Shown here: positions 7,897 to 17,214 of the stretch, in pieces
Layout of the letters: each line of letters starts with the position of its first letter
How positions within the stretch are numbered: position 1 is the first letter of the stretch
Assembly (NCBI GenBank): GCA_963663815.1
Contig: OY760734.1
Length of the DNA stretch: 64,000 nucleotides
Direction: 5' to 3' (one strand)
Source of the DNA: Vicinamibacterales bacterium
GTDB lineage: Bacteria; Acidobacteriota; Vicinamibacteria; Vicinamibacterales; UBA8438
Notes under the pieces: generated by a model
Told to the model about the DNA's origin: nothing
The model's database searches: none
The model's input: the letters and a program-made list of their open reading frames with translations, nothing else
Position numbers and translations under genes: made by a program

Positions 7897-9402
7897 ATGG
7901 CATTCCAGGGCGGAAGCAGGGTCGATCCGAACGAGCAGATCAAGGACGTGGACCAGCAGATCGTGATGGGCATCCGGGAGGGGACTGCGTTCCACCAGTC
8001 GCCTACACTCGAGAACGGTCCGTACCGGTCCCGCGTGCTCGGTCCGGTGAACCCGCAGCACGAGGGGAATCTGTTCTCGGCCTACAACGCCTCGGTCCTG
8101 CACACGCAGGTCGCGGAGCGGGGCTTGGAGTCGCCGGAGTTCGTGAAGTCGGCGGTGCTCCGGGAGCTGGGGCACGAGCGGAAGGAGGACACGCGGTTCG
8201 AGAAGCAGTACTGGGTGGCGCCGAACGGCTCGCGGATGGCGGCGGTGGGCGGCGGGACGGTGAAGACGACGGGCACGCCGCACGCGTACCTGCACGTCGA
8301 GACGCAGACGACGCTGCCGACGAAGGCGTTCCCGCTGAAGGGCAAGCTGGATGAGAAGGGCGTGGCCACGGCGGTCGAGACGGTGGCGAAGCTCTCGGGG
8401 GTGAAGCTCCAGTACGCGAAGGACGACCGTCTGGTCCACAAGGACGGGAAGGCGGGTCCGACGGTGGTGGTCCCGACGCCGGACAAGTTCGGGAGCCGCG
8501 ACGCGTGGGCGTCGGCGGCGCTGACGGGGGTGGCGTCGGCGGTGCAGCGGAGCCCGCGGCTCCGGAGCGAGGTCGAGGTCGACGCGGTCGAGATGGCGGC
8601 AGTCCGGTTGGAGAACAACCGCCGCGGGAGGTCGAACTACCAGCGGCGTGAGGCGGCGCGGGACCAGGGCGGCGAGCCGGGCCGGGGCCAGGCGCGGGTC
8701 GGTCCTCAGACGGACCTGAACGGCTATCTGCGGGTACGGAGCGACGCGTCGGCGGCGGTGTTCACTGAGGCGCTGACGAAGCTCGCGAAGGAGCGGGGCG
8801 TGACCCTGGACCTGGAGGGCCGCAACGGGGAGGCGTCGTACGACGCGAAGACGAAGACGTTCACGGCGGCGGGCCGCGGCGAGTTCCGGGGGCCGGCGAG
8901 GAACGCGGATTGGAAGCAGCGGGCGCTGTCGGACCTGGCGAAGGCGGTCGGCGGCAAGGGGATGGCGAAGGCGGTCGACGAGGTGCGGCGCGGGGACCGT
9001 TACGCGGTGGTGAAGGCGGTGGGCGCCGGGAACTTCCGGCCGGAGCCGACGCTGGGGACGGCGGAGGAGAAGGCGCGCGCGGACCTGGTCGGCGGGCTCG
9101 CGGCGAAGCGTCTGGCGGAGCAGGTCGGGATCCGCTACGAGCCCGGCGTGGCGACGCAGGCGGACCGCGACCGTCAGGCGGCGGTGGCGGAGAAGTTGGG
9201 GTACCGGTCGTTGTGCGCGCAGGCGGAGCAGACGAAGAACTACCTGCTGGACGTGAAGGACCGGCCGCGGACGCCGGAGCGTCAGGCGTCGATCGCGCAC
9301 TCGGCGTCGAGCCAGACGCTGGAGATGGCGCAGGCGCGGCCGGCGGCGCAGCCGCCTGCGCAGGAGCGCGCGCAGCAGAAGGAGCAGCCGCGGAGTCGCT
9401 GA
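7897..9402 (+). CDS. ArdC-like protein (DUF1738-like N-terminal ssDNA-binding region, degenerate ArdC C-terminal motif), tentative
   Basis: N-terminus ..VDQQIVMGIREGTAF..GNLFSAYNASVLHTQVAERGLESPEF.. resembles ArdC-N. C-terminus ARADLVGGLAAKRLAEQVGIRYEPG resembles the ArdC EELVAE-GAAFLCA-LGI motif. No HExxH seen. Confidence 0.45.
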   Translation: MAFQGGSRVDPNEQIKDVDQQIVMGIREGTAFHQSPTLENGPYRSRVLGPVNPQHEGNLFSAYNASVLHTQVAERGLESPEFVKSAVLRELGHERKEDTRFEKQYWVAPNGSRMAAVGGGTVKTTGTPHAYLHVETQTTLPTKAFPLKGKLDEKGVATAVETVAKLSGVKLQYAKDDRLVHKDGKAGPTVVVPTPDKFGSRDAWASAALTGVASAVQRSPRLRSEVEVDAVEMAAVRLENNRRGRSNYQRREAARDQGGEPGRGQARVGPQTDLNGYLRVRSDASAAVFTEALTKLAKERGVTLDLEGRNGEASYDAKTKTFTAAGRGEFRGPARNADWKQRALSDLAKAVGGKGMAKAVDEVRRGDRYAVVKAVGAGNFRPEPTLGTAEEKARADLVGGLAAKRLAEQVGIRYEPGVATQADRDRQAAVAEKLGYRSLCAQAEQTKNYLLDVKDRPRTPERQASIAHSASSQTLEMAQARPAAQPPAQERAQQKEQPRSR

Positions 9403-9473
9403 CGGCGGCGTTCACGCGGCCGGGGGAGGCGGTCTCTCCCGGCCGCGGCGTTCGACCAGGGGATGTTCCGCCG

Positions 9474-9629
9474 ATGAGGTATGCGCGGTGCGTGGCGGCG
9501 TTGACGTTGCTGGTTCCGGTGTTGGCTCTGCTGTGGACGTTGGGCCGCGTGATCCGGTTCCTGGGGGCGCTGAGCCGCGTGGTGAGGCGCTGGGGCGCGG
9601 GCTCGGCTCGTCTGGATGGCGCGGGGTGA
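9474..9629 (+). CDS. possible small membrane protein (51 aa)
   Basis: MRYARCVAALTLLVPVLALLWTLGRVIRFLG..: one clear hydrophobic helix. No convincing RBS. Confidence 0.3.
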   Translation: MRYARCVAALTLLVPVLALLWTLGRVIRFLGALSRVVRRWGAGSARLDGAG

Positions 9630-9644
9630 CGATTGGAGGGCTGG

Positions 9645-10256
9645 ATGGTGATGTCAGCGGTCACACGGCTTTGGGCAGTGCTTGACGATCTGGAGCGAAT
9701 CGGCTGGTCCGAGGAGTGTGCGGTGATCGAGGTCTTGGCAATCCCGTCCGATCACCGCGAGCGCATCCAGAGGGAGCGTCGCCGGCGCCTCGAGGCTTGC
9801 GCTTGGTTCGCCCTGGCGGTCGATGAGCATCCTGAACTGGGCATTGAGTGGGATCTCACTCCGGAGAGCATTACGGCGCTGGAAGCCGTTGACCCGGAAG
9901 CCGCGGCGGCGTTCAGGTGGGTGGGGTCCGAGGAGTGGAAGCAGGTCGTGTTCGTGACCGGGGAGAAGACGGTCCGCCTGTACGTGGACGGTCGCTACGC
10001 ATACACGGTGAAGGTGGGTTCGTCGCTTCTGCTCAACCGTGGCGTCGGCGCTCGACGCTGGGAGATCGTGGACTGGCGCTGGTGGTGTCTCGGGGACGTG
10101 ACCGACATCGCTTCATGGGTTCTGGAGGAGCACCCCGACCTGGCGGAGGCGTGGCGTCAGGTCACGGTGGGGAGCACGGAGACGGAGAAGAGACACGCGG
10201 TAGACGGGAGTGCTCCCCTGCTTATTCTTCCGCGTCGCGAGGACGGTGCGGGGTGA
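9645..10256 (+). CDS. hypothetical protein
   Basis: ATG at 9645 follows GGAGGG. Ordinary, W-containing amino-acid composition. Same strand as the operon. Confidence 0.5.
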   Translation: MVMSAVTRLWAVLDDLERIGWSEECAVIEVLAIPSDHRERIQRERRRRLEACAWFALAVDEHPELGIEWDLTPESITALEAVDPEAAAAFRWVGSEEWKQVVFVTGEKTVRLYVDGRYAYTVKVGSSLLLNRGVGARRWEIVDWRWWCLGDVTDIASWVLEEHPDLAEAWRQVTVGSTETEKRHAVDGSAPLLILPRREDGAG

Positions 10257-10258
10257 CG

Positions 10259-11494
10259 ATGGCGCGCACATGTTCGGGCTCGGAGCACGCGACGAGCGGC
10301 CTCGTCCTGGAGACGGCGGGCGCGCGGCTGCTGTCGGACGCGGCGGCGGGCCGGGCCTGGCACCAGTTGTCGAGCGATGACGAGGGTCCGTGCCGGGTCC
10401 GGTTTCGGGACGGGGAGCGGAAGCGGAACGTGGTCTCGCTGGTTCACGAGGTGGTGCTCCGGCAGGCGATGGCGGACCGGGGCTGGCGGGTTCCGCAGTT
10501 CGTGCTGCAGGAGGGGCCGGGTCGGCGGGAAACGTGTCTTGAGCCGGTGTGGCTGCCGGCGGCGCGCTGGTGGTTCGAGGCCGGGGACGGGGAGGCGATC
10601 CCGGTGTTCCACTGCGAGGAGGCGGGCGTGGAAGCGTCGCCGGCGGGTTGTTTGGCTGGCGGCGGCGAGGCGTCGCCGATGGCGGACAAGCTGGTTCGGG
10701 CGGCGGGTCTTCAGGCCGGCGGCCGCTCCGGCTGGTCCGGTGAAGTTGCCGCCGACGTTCGAGTGTCGGAACGGATCCGGTGCTCGCGGGTCGCCGCGTT
10801 GTGGACGCCGTCCGAGATCGGGTTCTCGACTTGGCTGCGGAAGTTCATGGCCGAGCTGGCCGGCTCCTATCCGGTGACGGTCGAGGCGGCGTCGTGGGCG
10901 CTGGTGCGGAAGGCGGCGAGCCTCGGCGGCGCGCGTTCGGCGGGCACGGTCCGCGCGGGGCTCGCGGGCTGCTACTGGGCGGCGGTCGGCCGGCTGTCGG
11001 AGGCCTGCGGGCTGACGGTGGTGCGGGAGCCCGGGGACCGCGTGCTGTGGGAGGCGGTGACGCGGACGCTGATCCCGGTGGAGGTTGCCGGTTCCGGGGA
11101 GGGGACGGCGGCGCGGGCGCTCTTCGAGGCGGCGCTGGTCTCGGGCCGGCCGGCGTGGGCGGAGATGGCGCGGCGTCGCGACGTCGTCGGTCTTCTGCGG
11201 GAGTTGGGCCTGGGCGGCGTCCTGGCGCGTCCGGCGGACTTCTCGGGCCCGGCGTGGGCGGCGCGCGCCCGGGTGGTTGGGGCGTTCGCGGCGAAGCGGC
11301 TGTCCGAGCTGTGCGGCGTCCGGTACGAGGCGGCCTGCGACGTGGAGGTCGACGTGGGGCTCAGGGCGCTGGCGGAGCGCGAAGGGTGGGCGTCGGTGGT
11401 GACGGAGGCAGGGAACCTCGCGACGTGGCTCGTGGACGGGGTCTCGGGCCGTCGGGGCGGCAGCGTGTCGGCGGCGGACGATGCTGGCGCTTGA
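10259..11494 (+). CDS. hypothetical protein carrying the same ArdC-like C-terminal motif
   Basis: Start moved to the ATG at 10259, 3 nt after the previous stop. C-terminus ARARVVGAFAAKRLSELCGVRYEAA parallels 7897..9402. Confidence 0.5.
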   Translation: MARTCSGSEHATSGLVLETAGARLLSDAAAGRAWHQLSSDDEGPCRVRFRDGERKRNVVSLVHEVVLRQAMADRGWRVPQFVLQEGPGRRETCLEPVWLPAARWWFEAGDGEAIPVFHCEEAGVEASPAGCLAGGGEASPMADKLVRAAGLQAGGRSGWSGEVAADVRVSERIRCSRVAALWTPSEIGFSTWLRKFMAELAGSYPVTVEAASWALVRKAASLGGARSAGTVRAGLAGCYWAAVGRLSEACGLTVVREPGDRVLWEAVTRTLIPVEVAGSGEGTAARALFEAALVSGRPAWAEMARRRDVVGLLRELGLGGVLARPADFSGPAWAARARVVGAFAAKRLSELCGVRYEAACDVEVDVGLRALAEREGWASVVTEAGNLATWLVDGVSGRRGGSVSAADDAGA

Positions 11495-12368
11495 GGTGCT
11501 GGTGCGCGCGGCGGAGGGCGACGGCGCCTCGGTGCGCTCGGTCGCCGAAGAGGTGAAGCAGGTGGGCTGGCGGGACTGGGCGCGTGAGGCGATACGGACG
11601 CGGGTCGACCCGCTGCTGGCGGTGGCGGCGCTGCCGGCGCCGGCGCGGGTGGAGGTCGCGCGTGCGCTGGTGGTGTTCTACGGCAACTGGGGCGGTTGCT
11701 TCCCGCGGGAGTACCGGCGCGTGCGGCGGGAGTGGCGGGTGCTACGGGACCGGTGGCAGGACGGCGGCCGGGCGCGGGCGTACGGGGAGCTGCTGGCGGC
11801 GGTGGGCGCTCCCGCGCCGGCGCTTGCCGGCTCGGCGGCCGACGCCTGCACCCGGGCGGGGTCGGCTTTCGTGGCCGCGGCCGCGGGCGAGAACGGGAAA
11901 GCGGGCAGGCGCCCGTCGCCAGCGAGGGCCGTGGAGTCGGCGCCGCCGACGGGCGGCGGGACGGGAAGTGAGGCGACGGGTGCGGGCGGCACGGCGGGCA
12001 GCCTTGTGCTCGACGAGCAGCTTCCCCCGGGGGCGGCCAGAGACACGGCTGTTGATGGTGGCGGTGACGCAGCCGGCGACGGCGTCCCGGCGCGGGAAGA
12101 AACCGGTGAGGAGGGCCTCGGGGACGTGGTCGCCGGCGCGTCGGACGGGGTGCTCCCGGACGGTTCGCAGGTCGTCTCGGTGGTTGGTCCGGAGGCGGCC
12201 GCGGATGCGCCGTGGGTGGAGCGGTTGCGCGGGGCGGCGGGCCGCGAGCCCTCGGTGGCGGCCGAGGCGCGCGAGCTGTGGCTCGATGCGGAGTCGGACG
12301 GGGAGGGCTGGCTCGGCGAGTGGCTCGAGGCGGCCGTCTCCAGGTCCCGGGAACGGGCAGGCCGGTGA
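11481..12368 (+). CDS. hypothetical protein (Ala/Gly-rich, acidic C-terminal half)
   Basis: 295-aa ORF in the operon orientation, overlapping neighbours at both ends. Confidence 0.45.
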   Translation: MLALEVLVRAAEGDGASVRSVAEEVKQVGWRDWAREAIRTRVDPLLAVAALPAPARVEVARALVVFYGNWGGCFPREYRRVRREWRVLRDRWQDGGRARAYGELLAAVGAPAPALAGSAADACTRAGSAFVAAAAGENGKAGRRPSPARAVESAPPTGGGTGSEATGAGGTAGSLVLDEQLPPGAARDTAVDGGGDAAGDGVPAREETGEEGLGDVVAGASDGVLPDGSQVVSVVGPEAAADAPWVERLRGAAGREPSVAAEARELWLDAESDGEGWLGEWLEAAVSRSRERAGR

Positions 12369-13393
12369 TGGACGCGCGGAGCGTGGGTGAAGTGCGGCGG
12401 GTGTCCCGGACGACGGGCGTGGAGCGGTCCGTGCGCGCGGTGCCCGTCGTGCGCGACCGGGAGGCGCCGGAGCGCCGGCGGGAGCGGACGGCCTGGATCG
12501 GGCGGGTCGTCGACCCCTCGCTGTTGCGCAGGGAGCCCGGCGCGCGGCGGGACGCGGGCCGGCGTGACCGCGATCGCGAGCGGGTGCGGCGTCGCTCGCA
12601 GTCGGAACGCATGCGCGAGGTGCTGGAGCTCCTCGCGCAGCTCCGGGTGGTCTCGTACCGGAGCGTGGTCGACGCGGCGTTCGACGGGCATCCGCACACG
12701 GCGCGGCGCGGCATCGGCGTGCTCGAGCAGCAGGGGTTGATCGAGCGCCGGTCGGTCAAGCCGATCGGGTCGAAGCGGAACGGCGATGCGAAGTCGTTCC
12801 AGGTCCTGGCGCTGACCGCGAAGGGCGCGGAGGTGTGCGAGCGGAATCGCCGGGAGACGGGGGACCCGGGTGGCCGGGTGTGGTCGGGCTTCGTGCGGCC
12901 GCGGGAGCTCGCGCACGACGCGGCGGTCTCGGACCTCGTGCTCGCGGTTTGGGAGCGGGTGGAGGCGTGCGGCGGCGCGGTGCGCGGCGTGCGCACGGAG
13001 GCGGAGCTGAAGGGCGCCCTGGCCCGGGCGGAGGAAGCGGCCGGCGAGGACCGGGGCGCCCGTCGGAAGGCGCGGGTCGGCGCGGCGGCGGCGCTGGGGG
13101 TGCCGGAGGTGGACGGCGAGATCCACCTGCCGGACGCGGTGGTGGAGGTGACCGACGACGCCGGCCGCGAGACGGGCATCCAGCTGGAGGTGGCCACCGG
13201 CCAGTACTCCGCGGCGCAGGTGCAGGCGAAGCTGCAGGCCGGGATGGTGGTGGCGTTCGCGGGCGCGACGCGGAGCTTCGCACGCCGGATGGAGCGGGCG
13301 GTCCTGAGCATGGCGATGTCGTCGAAGCGGATCCCCGGGCGCCGCCCGGGCGAGTTCGCGGAGCGGTTGTTCGAGGTGGGGCGGGTGCGATGA
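12368..13393 (+). CDS. winged-helix DNA-binding protein, possibly replication-relaxation (Replic_Relax) family
   Basis: Coupled ATG at 12368. ..REVLELLAQLRVVSYRSVVDAAFDGHPHTARRGIGVLEQQGLIERRSV.. (wHTH), then ..LAHDAAVSDLVLAV.. and ..LPDAVVEV.. as I recall for that family. Confidence 0.4.
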   Translation: MDARSVGEVRRVSRTTGVERSVRAVPVVRDREAPERRRERTAWIGRVVDPSLLRREPGARRDAGRRDRDRERVRRRSQSERMREVLELLAQLRVVSYRSVVDAAFDGHPHTARRGIGVLEQQGLIERRSVKPIGSKRNGDAKSFQVLALTAKGAEVCERNRRETGDPGGRVWSGFVRPRELAHDAAVSDLVLAVWERVEACGGAVRGVRTEAELKGALARAEEAAGEDRGARRKARVGAAAALGVPEVDGEIHLPDAVVEVTDDAGRETGIQLEVATGQYSAAQVQAKLQAGMVVAFAGATRSFARRMERAVLSMAMSSKRIPGRRPGEFAERLFEVGRVR

Positions 13394-13710
13394 CGCCGGG
13401 GCGGTTCTCGTTGGGGATGACGCTGGTGATTCTCGTCCTCGGGGGCACGGCGGCCGCGGTGGAGTTCGGGTACCTGTCGGTGTTCCGGCCCTACGTGGTC
13501 GGGGAGCACGGCCTGCGGCTCGGCGTGATGGCGTCGGCGGTGTTCCTCGCGGTGGCGAGCGGGACGTACCAGTTGGCGAGGGTCCTGGCGCTGGGCGAGG
13601 TGGGCGAGCGCGTGGAGCTCCTGGAACGCACGATGCGGCGCGGCAAGGGCGGCGACCCGGAGCTTCGGGAGGCGTTGGCCCGCGAGGAGTCGGGGGACTA
13701 CGTCGAGTGA
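13390..13710 (+). CDS. small membrane protein (2 TM)
   Basis: Coupled ATG at 13390. MTPGRFSLGMTLVILVLGGTAAAVEF...GVMASAVFLAVASGTY.. Confidence 0.45.
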   Translation: MTPGRFSLGMTLVILVLGGTAAAVEFGYLSVFRPYVVGEHGLRLGVMASAVFLAVASGTYQLARVLALGEVGERVELLERTMRRGKGGDPELREALAREESGDYVE

Positions 13711-13751
13711 CCGGGGCGGGGGAACGTCTGTCCGGTGGCTGGAGGTGAACG

Positions 13752-14135
13752 ATGGCGTTGAGGGGAAGCTCCTGCAGGGATTGGGCGGCCCGGACCGCGC
13801 GGCGGGCTGGCGAGTTCGTGGACCGGCACGGTTCTCTGTTGCTGTGCGTGGTGTCCCTGCTGCTGGTCGGCTCGACGGCGGCGGAGGCCACCACCGCAGC
13901 GGACATGACGCCGTGGGGCCTGGCTGCCAAGCAGATCTGCGTCCTGCTGACGGGCATCGTCGGGAAGTCGCTGGCGATCGTCGCGGTGGTGGTCGCGGGG
14001 ATCGCATATGCGATGGGTGAGGGCGCGAGCAAGGCCATGCTCGGGGCGGTCGCGTTCGGGGCGGGCATGGTGCTTCTCGGACCCGAGGCGATCTCGTTCT
14101 TCTTCGGGGTCGACGTGATGTGCGGGGTGGCGTGA
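13752..14135 (+). CDS. virB2: T4SS pilin VirB2/TrbC family
   Basis: GGAGG upstream. Long leader, then ..TPWGLAAKQICVLLTGIVGKSLAIVAVVVAGIAYAMGEG..AVAFGAGMVLLG.. (two hydrophobic helices, typical VirB2). Confidence 0.75.
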   Translation: MALRGSSCRDWAARTARRAGEFVDRHGSLLLCVVSLLLVGSTAAEATTAADMTPWGLAAKQICVLLTGIVGKSLAIVAVVVAGIAYAMGEGASKAMLGAVAFGAGMVLLGPEAISFFFGVDVMCGVA

Positions 14136-14160
14136 GGCTGCGGCTCGCGGATGCCTTTCG

Positions 14161-14343
14161 TTGTGCGGCCGGGGATTCGTGCCGGCGAGAGTGGTTCCGA
14201 TGAGCATCGCGCGTCGAGCCGTCCAACTGGCGGTGATCTTGTCGGCGGTCGCGGTCGCGGCGCGGGTGTCGTGGATGTTCGGAGCGGCCGTCGCCGGGGT
14301 CGCGGTCTGGGCCGAGGCGAACCGCTGTTCGTTCTGGCGGTGA
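14161..14343 (+). CDS. possible small membrane protein
   Basis: ..MSIARRAVQLAVILSAVAVAARVSWMFGAAVAGVAVWAE.. lies between virB2 and virB3. Weak evidence. Confidence 0.25.
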   Translation: MCGRGFVPARVVPMSIARRAVQLAVILSAVAVAARVSWMFGAAVAGVAVWAEANRCSFWR

Positions 14344-14401
14344 GCCGCGGTTGACGACTTGGCGCGGGTGATCGTCACGCGGCCCGGAGGGAGGTGAGCG
14401 A

Positions 14402-14731
14402 GTGCCGAGAGGTGCGAAGGTCCGGGACGCCTACGGCGGATTGAACCAGGTCCTCACGGTCCTGGGCATCGAGCGGAAGGCGTGCGGGCTGGCGGCGATG
14501 TTCTCCGTGGTGCTCTTCGCCTCCCTGGACTCGCTGATGTTCGGGGCGGTCGTATTCGCCGGGCTCTGGTGCCTCGTGTGGGGCGCGATGAAGTACGACA
14601 CGCGGTTCATGGAGATGTTCCGGGACGCCGTGAAGCATCCCGGGGGCTGGTACGACCCCGGCCGGCTGCCGGACAACCCCTGGGCGATGGAGGTGCGTTC
14701 GGCGGCGGAGCGGGAGGAGGAGAAGCCGTGA
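14402..14731 (+). CDS. virB3: T4SS protein VirB3
   Basis: GTG start after GGAGGGAGG. ..GLNQVLTVLGIERKACGLAAMFSVVLFASL..GAVVFAGLWCLVWGAMKYD.. Size, topology and position before VirB4 all fit. Confidence 0.65.
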   Translation: MPRGAKVRDAYGGLNQVLTVLGIERKACGLAAMFSVVLFASLDSLMFGAVVFAGLWCLVWGAMKYDTRFMEMFRDAVKHPGGWYDPGRLPDNPWAMEVRSAAEREEEKP

Positions 14732-17214
14732 AGCAGGTCTTGGCCGCGGACGCGTTCCGGGGGCGGCCGCTGTCGGAGGAGCTGCCATGGTGGGGGTTCT
14801 GCGACGACCGGGTGTGCCTGCTGCGGTCGGGGCGCCTGCTGGCGGTGTCGCGCGTGGAGCCCTTCGTGGCGGACGGGAGCGATGCGGAGACGCTCGACCG
14901 GGTGGTGACCAGCTGGTCGCGGACGCTGGCCTCCCTCCCGTCGTCCGGGCGCCTGTGGTGGGTGGTGGAGCGCTCGCGGCTGGAGACGCCGGCGGCTTCG
15001 GGGGCGCTGGACATCGCGGGGCTGGCGCGGAGCAAGCGCGCGGCGTACGTGGCGGAGCGGGCCCGCCGCCATGCGGTGTACGTGGTCTGGGAGTTCGACC
15101 GGGGTGTCCTGCGGAAGATGAACGAGGACCCCGACGCGGCGGTCGGAGCGCGTCTCCTCGGCCTGGCGCGGGAGCTGCTGCGGCGTCGCCGGCAGCCGCA
15201 CCTGTCGGTGGTGGTCCGCCGGGTGTTGGAGGAGGCGGTCGGCGAGGTCCGCGACGAACTGGCGAGCCTGGAGGCGCGGCTGTCGGACCTGACGCGGGTG
15301 TCTGCGGTGCCGGCCGCGGAGGCTGCCGGCGTCCTCTACCGGATCGTGAACGGGGTGTCGGAGCCCTGGTCGCCCCCGGCCGTCCTCGGGCACGGCCTGA
15401 ACTGGCGCCTGGGGATGCGGGAGGTCGAGATCACGGTGCGGAAGGGTCTGCGGGTGGGCGAGCGGCGCGCGCAGCTCTACTCGCTGGTCTCGGTGCCGAC
15501 GCTGGCGGTGGCGAACTGCCTCGACGAGCTGTACTCGCTCGACGCGGACCTGTCGGTGGTCCTGGAGTGGCGTCCGATGGAGAAGGCGATGGCGCGGGCG
15601 GTCATCCAGAACACCCGGCGCCACTACTTCCAGGGTCGCTACTCGATGCAGGCCCACATGCAGGACGCGGCGGGGACGACCGAGGCGCTCGAGGACGTGG
15701 GGGCGTCGGCCGAGGTGGAGTGGATCGGCGAGGCCCTGGTCGACCTGCAGCAGGGCGGGCTGTCGTTCGGCGAGGTGGTGATGTCGGTGGCGGTCTGGGG
15801 GGACTCGCAGCGGGAGTTCGAGACGGCCGGCGCCGAGATCGGGCGGATCATGGGCTCGATCGACGGAAAGATGATCCGGGAGACGTACGGGACCGCGCCG
15901 GTGTGGTTCGGGCGGATGCCGGGTCAGCCGCGGGGGCTGTCGGGGCGGACGCTGATGGTGTCGTCGGCCCTGGCCGCGTCGGTCGCGCCGCTGGCGGGCC
16001 CTGCGGTGGGGCACGCGCGGTGCGAGCACCTCGACGCGCCGTGCCTGGCCGAGTTCGAGACGTCGTGGCGGACGCGCTACGGCTTCGACCTGTTCGGCGG
16101 GGGCGACGTCGGCCACACCCTCATCCTCGGGGCGACGGGGTCGGGGAAGTCGTTCGTCCTCAACTTCCTGCTCATGCAGGCGCTCGGCTACGACCCGCGC
16201 ATCCTCATCCTGGACCTCGGGGGCTCCTACCGGCACCTCACGCAGTTCGTGGGGGGCGAGTACATGGGGCTCGACCGGGGCGCGAGCCTGGAGGCGGGGT
16301 CTGGGGGGACGGCGGGGTTCGGCCTCCAGCCGTTCGGGCTGCCGCACTCGGTGCGGACGACGCAGTTCCTCGTCCGGTGGGTGGTGTCGCTGCTGGCGAT
16401 CGGGGGCTACGAGGCCGAGGGTGAGGACTCGACGGACGTGGGCGAGCGGATCGAGGAGATCTACCGGCTGCCGCGTGAGCGCCGGACGCTGGGGGCGTTG
16501 CGGCAGAGCCTCCCGCGGACGATGTGGCCGGCGCTGTCGCGGTGGGTCGAGGGCGGGCCGTGGGCGCGGTGGTTCGACGGTCCGCCGGCGGCGGGCGACG
16601 CTGGGTTCGGGTGGTGGCAGGTGATCGATCTCGAGGGCGCGGACCGGTACGAGGACTGGTGCGAGGCGGCGCTGTGGTTCTTCCTGGAACGCCTGCGGCT
16701 GGTGATGGACGACGAGGGGGAGCGGAGCCGGCTGAAGGTGATGGTGGTGGACGAGGCGTGGCGCTACCTGTCGGACCCGATGGTGGCGGGCCAGCTCCTC
16801 GAGGCGGCGAAGACGTGGCGGAAGCGGAACGGGGCGCTGGTCCTGGCGACGCAGTCGGTCGGGGACGTCCTGAAAGGCGGGCGTCAGCTGCTGGAATCGC
16901 TGCCGACGAAGGTGTTCCTCGCGAACCCGGAGTTTCCGGACGAGGCGGCGCGGGTGCTGGAGCTGTCGGCGGCCGACGTCCGCACGATCCGCGAGCTGGA
17001 GCCGAAGCGGGAGCTGTTCATCCGGCGCGCCGACGAGACGTCGGTGGTGACGCTGACGGTCGACCCGGAGAGCTACTGGCTCTACACGTCGGACCCGGTT
17101 GAGGCGGTGCGTCGCGAGAAGGCGATCGCGCGTTGGGGTCTCGAAGGGGCGCTCATGCGTCTGGCGGCGGGGGTCGACGAGGGCGAGGTGGGGGCGAAGG
17201 AGGTCGTGGCGTGA
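14728..17214 (+). CDS. virB4: T4SS ATPase VirB4
   Basis: GTG at 14728 coupled to the virB3 stop (GTGA). Walker A LILGATGSGKSFVLNFLL, ..VMVVDEAW.. Walker B-like. About 828 aa. The track ORF start at 14482 would overlap virB3. Confidence 0.9.
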   Translation: MKQVLAADAFRGRPLSEELPWWGFCDDRVCLLRSGRLLAVSRVEPFVADGSDAETLDRVVTSWSRTLASLPSSGRLWWVVERSRLETPAASGALDIAGLARSKRAAYVAERARRHAVYVVWEFDRGVLRKMNEDPDAAVGARLLGLARELLRRRRQPHLSVVVRRVLEEAVGEVRDELASLEARLSDLTRVSAVPAAEAAGVLYRIVNGVSEPWSPPAVLGHGLNWRLGMREVEITVRKGLRVGERRAQLYSLVSVPTLAVANCLDELYSLDADLSVVLEWRPMEKAMARAVIQNTRRHYFQGRYSMQAHMQDAAGTTEALEDVGASAEVEWIGEALVDLQQGGLSFGEVVMSVAVWGDSQREFETAGAEIGRIMGSIDGKMIRETYGTAPVWFGRMPGQPRGLSGRTLMVSSALAASVAPLAGPAVGHARCEHLDAPCLAEFETSWRTRYGFDLFGGGDVGHTLILGATGSGKSFVLNFLLMQALGYDPRILILDLGGSYRHLTQFVGGEYMGLDRGASLEAGSGGTAGFGLQPFGLPHSVRTTQFLVRWVVSLLAIGGYEAEGEDSTDVGERIEEIYRLPRERRTLGALRQSLPRTMWPALSRWVEGGPWARWFDGPPAAGDAGFGWWQVIDLEGADRYEDWCEAALWFFLERLRLVMDDEGERSRLKVMVVDEAWRYLSDPMVAGQLLEAAKTWRKRNGALVLATQSVGDVLKGGRQLLESLPTKVFLANPEFPDEAARVLELSAADVRTIRELEPKRELFIRRADETSVVTLTVDPESYWLYTSDPVEAVRREKAIARWGLEGALMRLAAGVDEGEVGAKEVVA

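Noticed and set aside
6655-9300. 881-aa minus-strand ORF opposite the 6587-9402 plus-strand genes. Similar giant antisense ORFs are 10972..14226 (1084 aa), 14431..16347, 22687..24231, 25319..27700, 27447..29747, 28517..30709 and 32364..35006.
   Set aside because: Their translations are monotonous Arg/Pro/His/Ala strings with no motifs. They run antisense to coherent, motif-bearing, translationally coupled plus-strand genes (VirB4, VirD4, VirB11 and others). Long stop-free antisense frames are expected in very GC-rich DNA.
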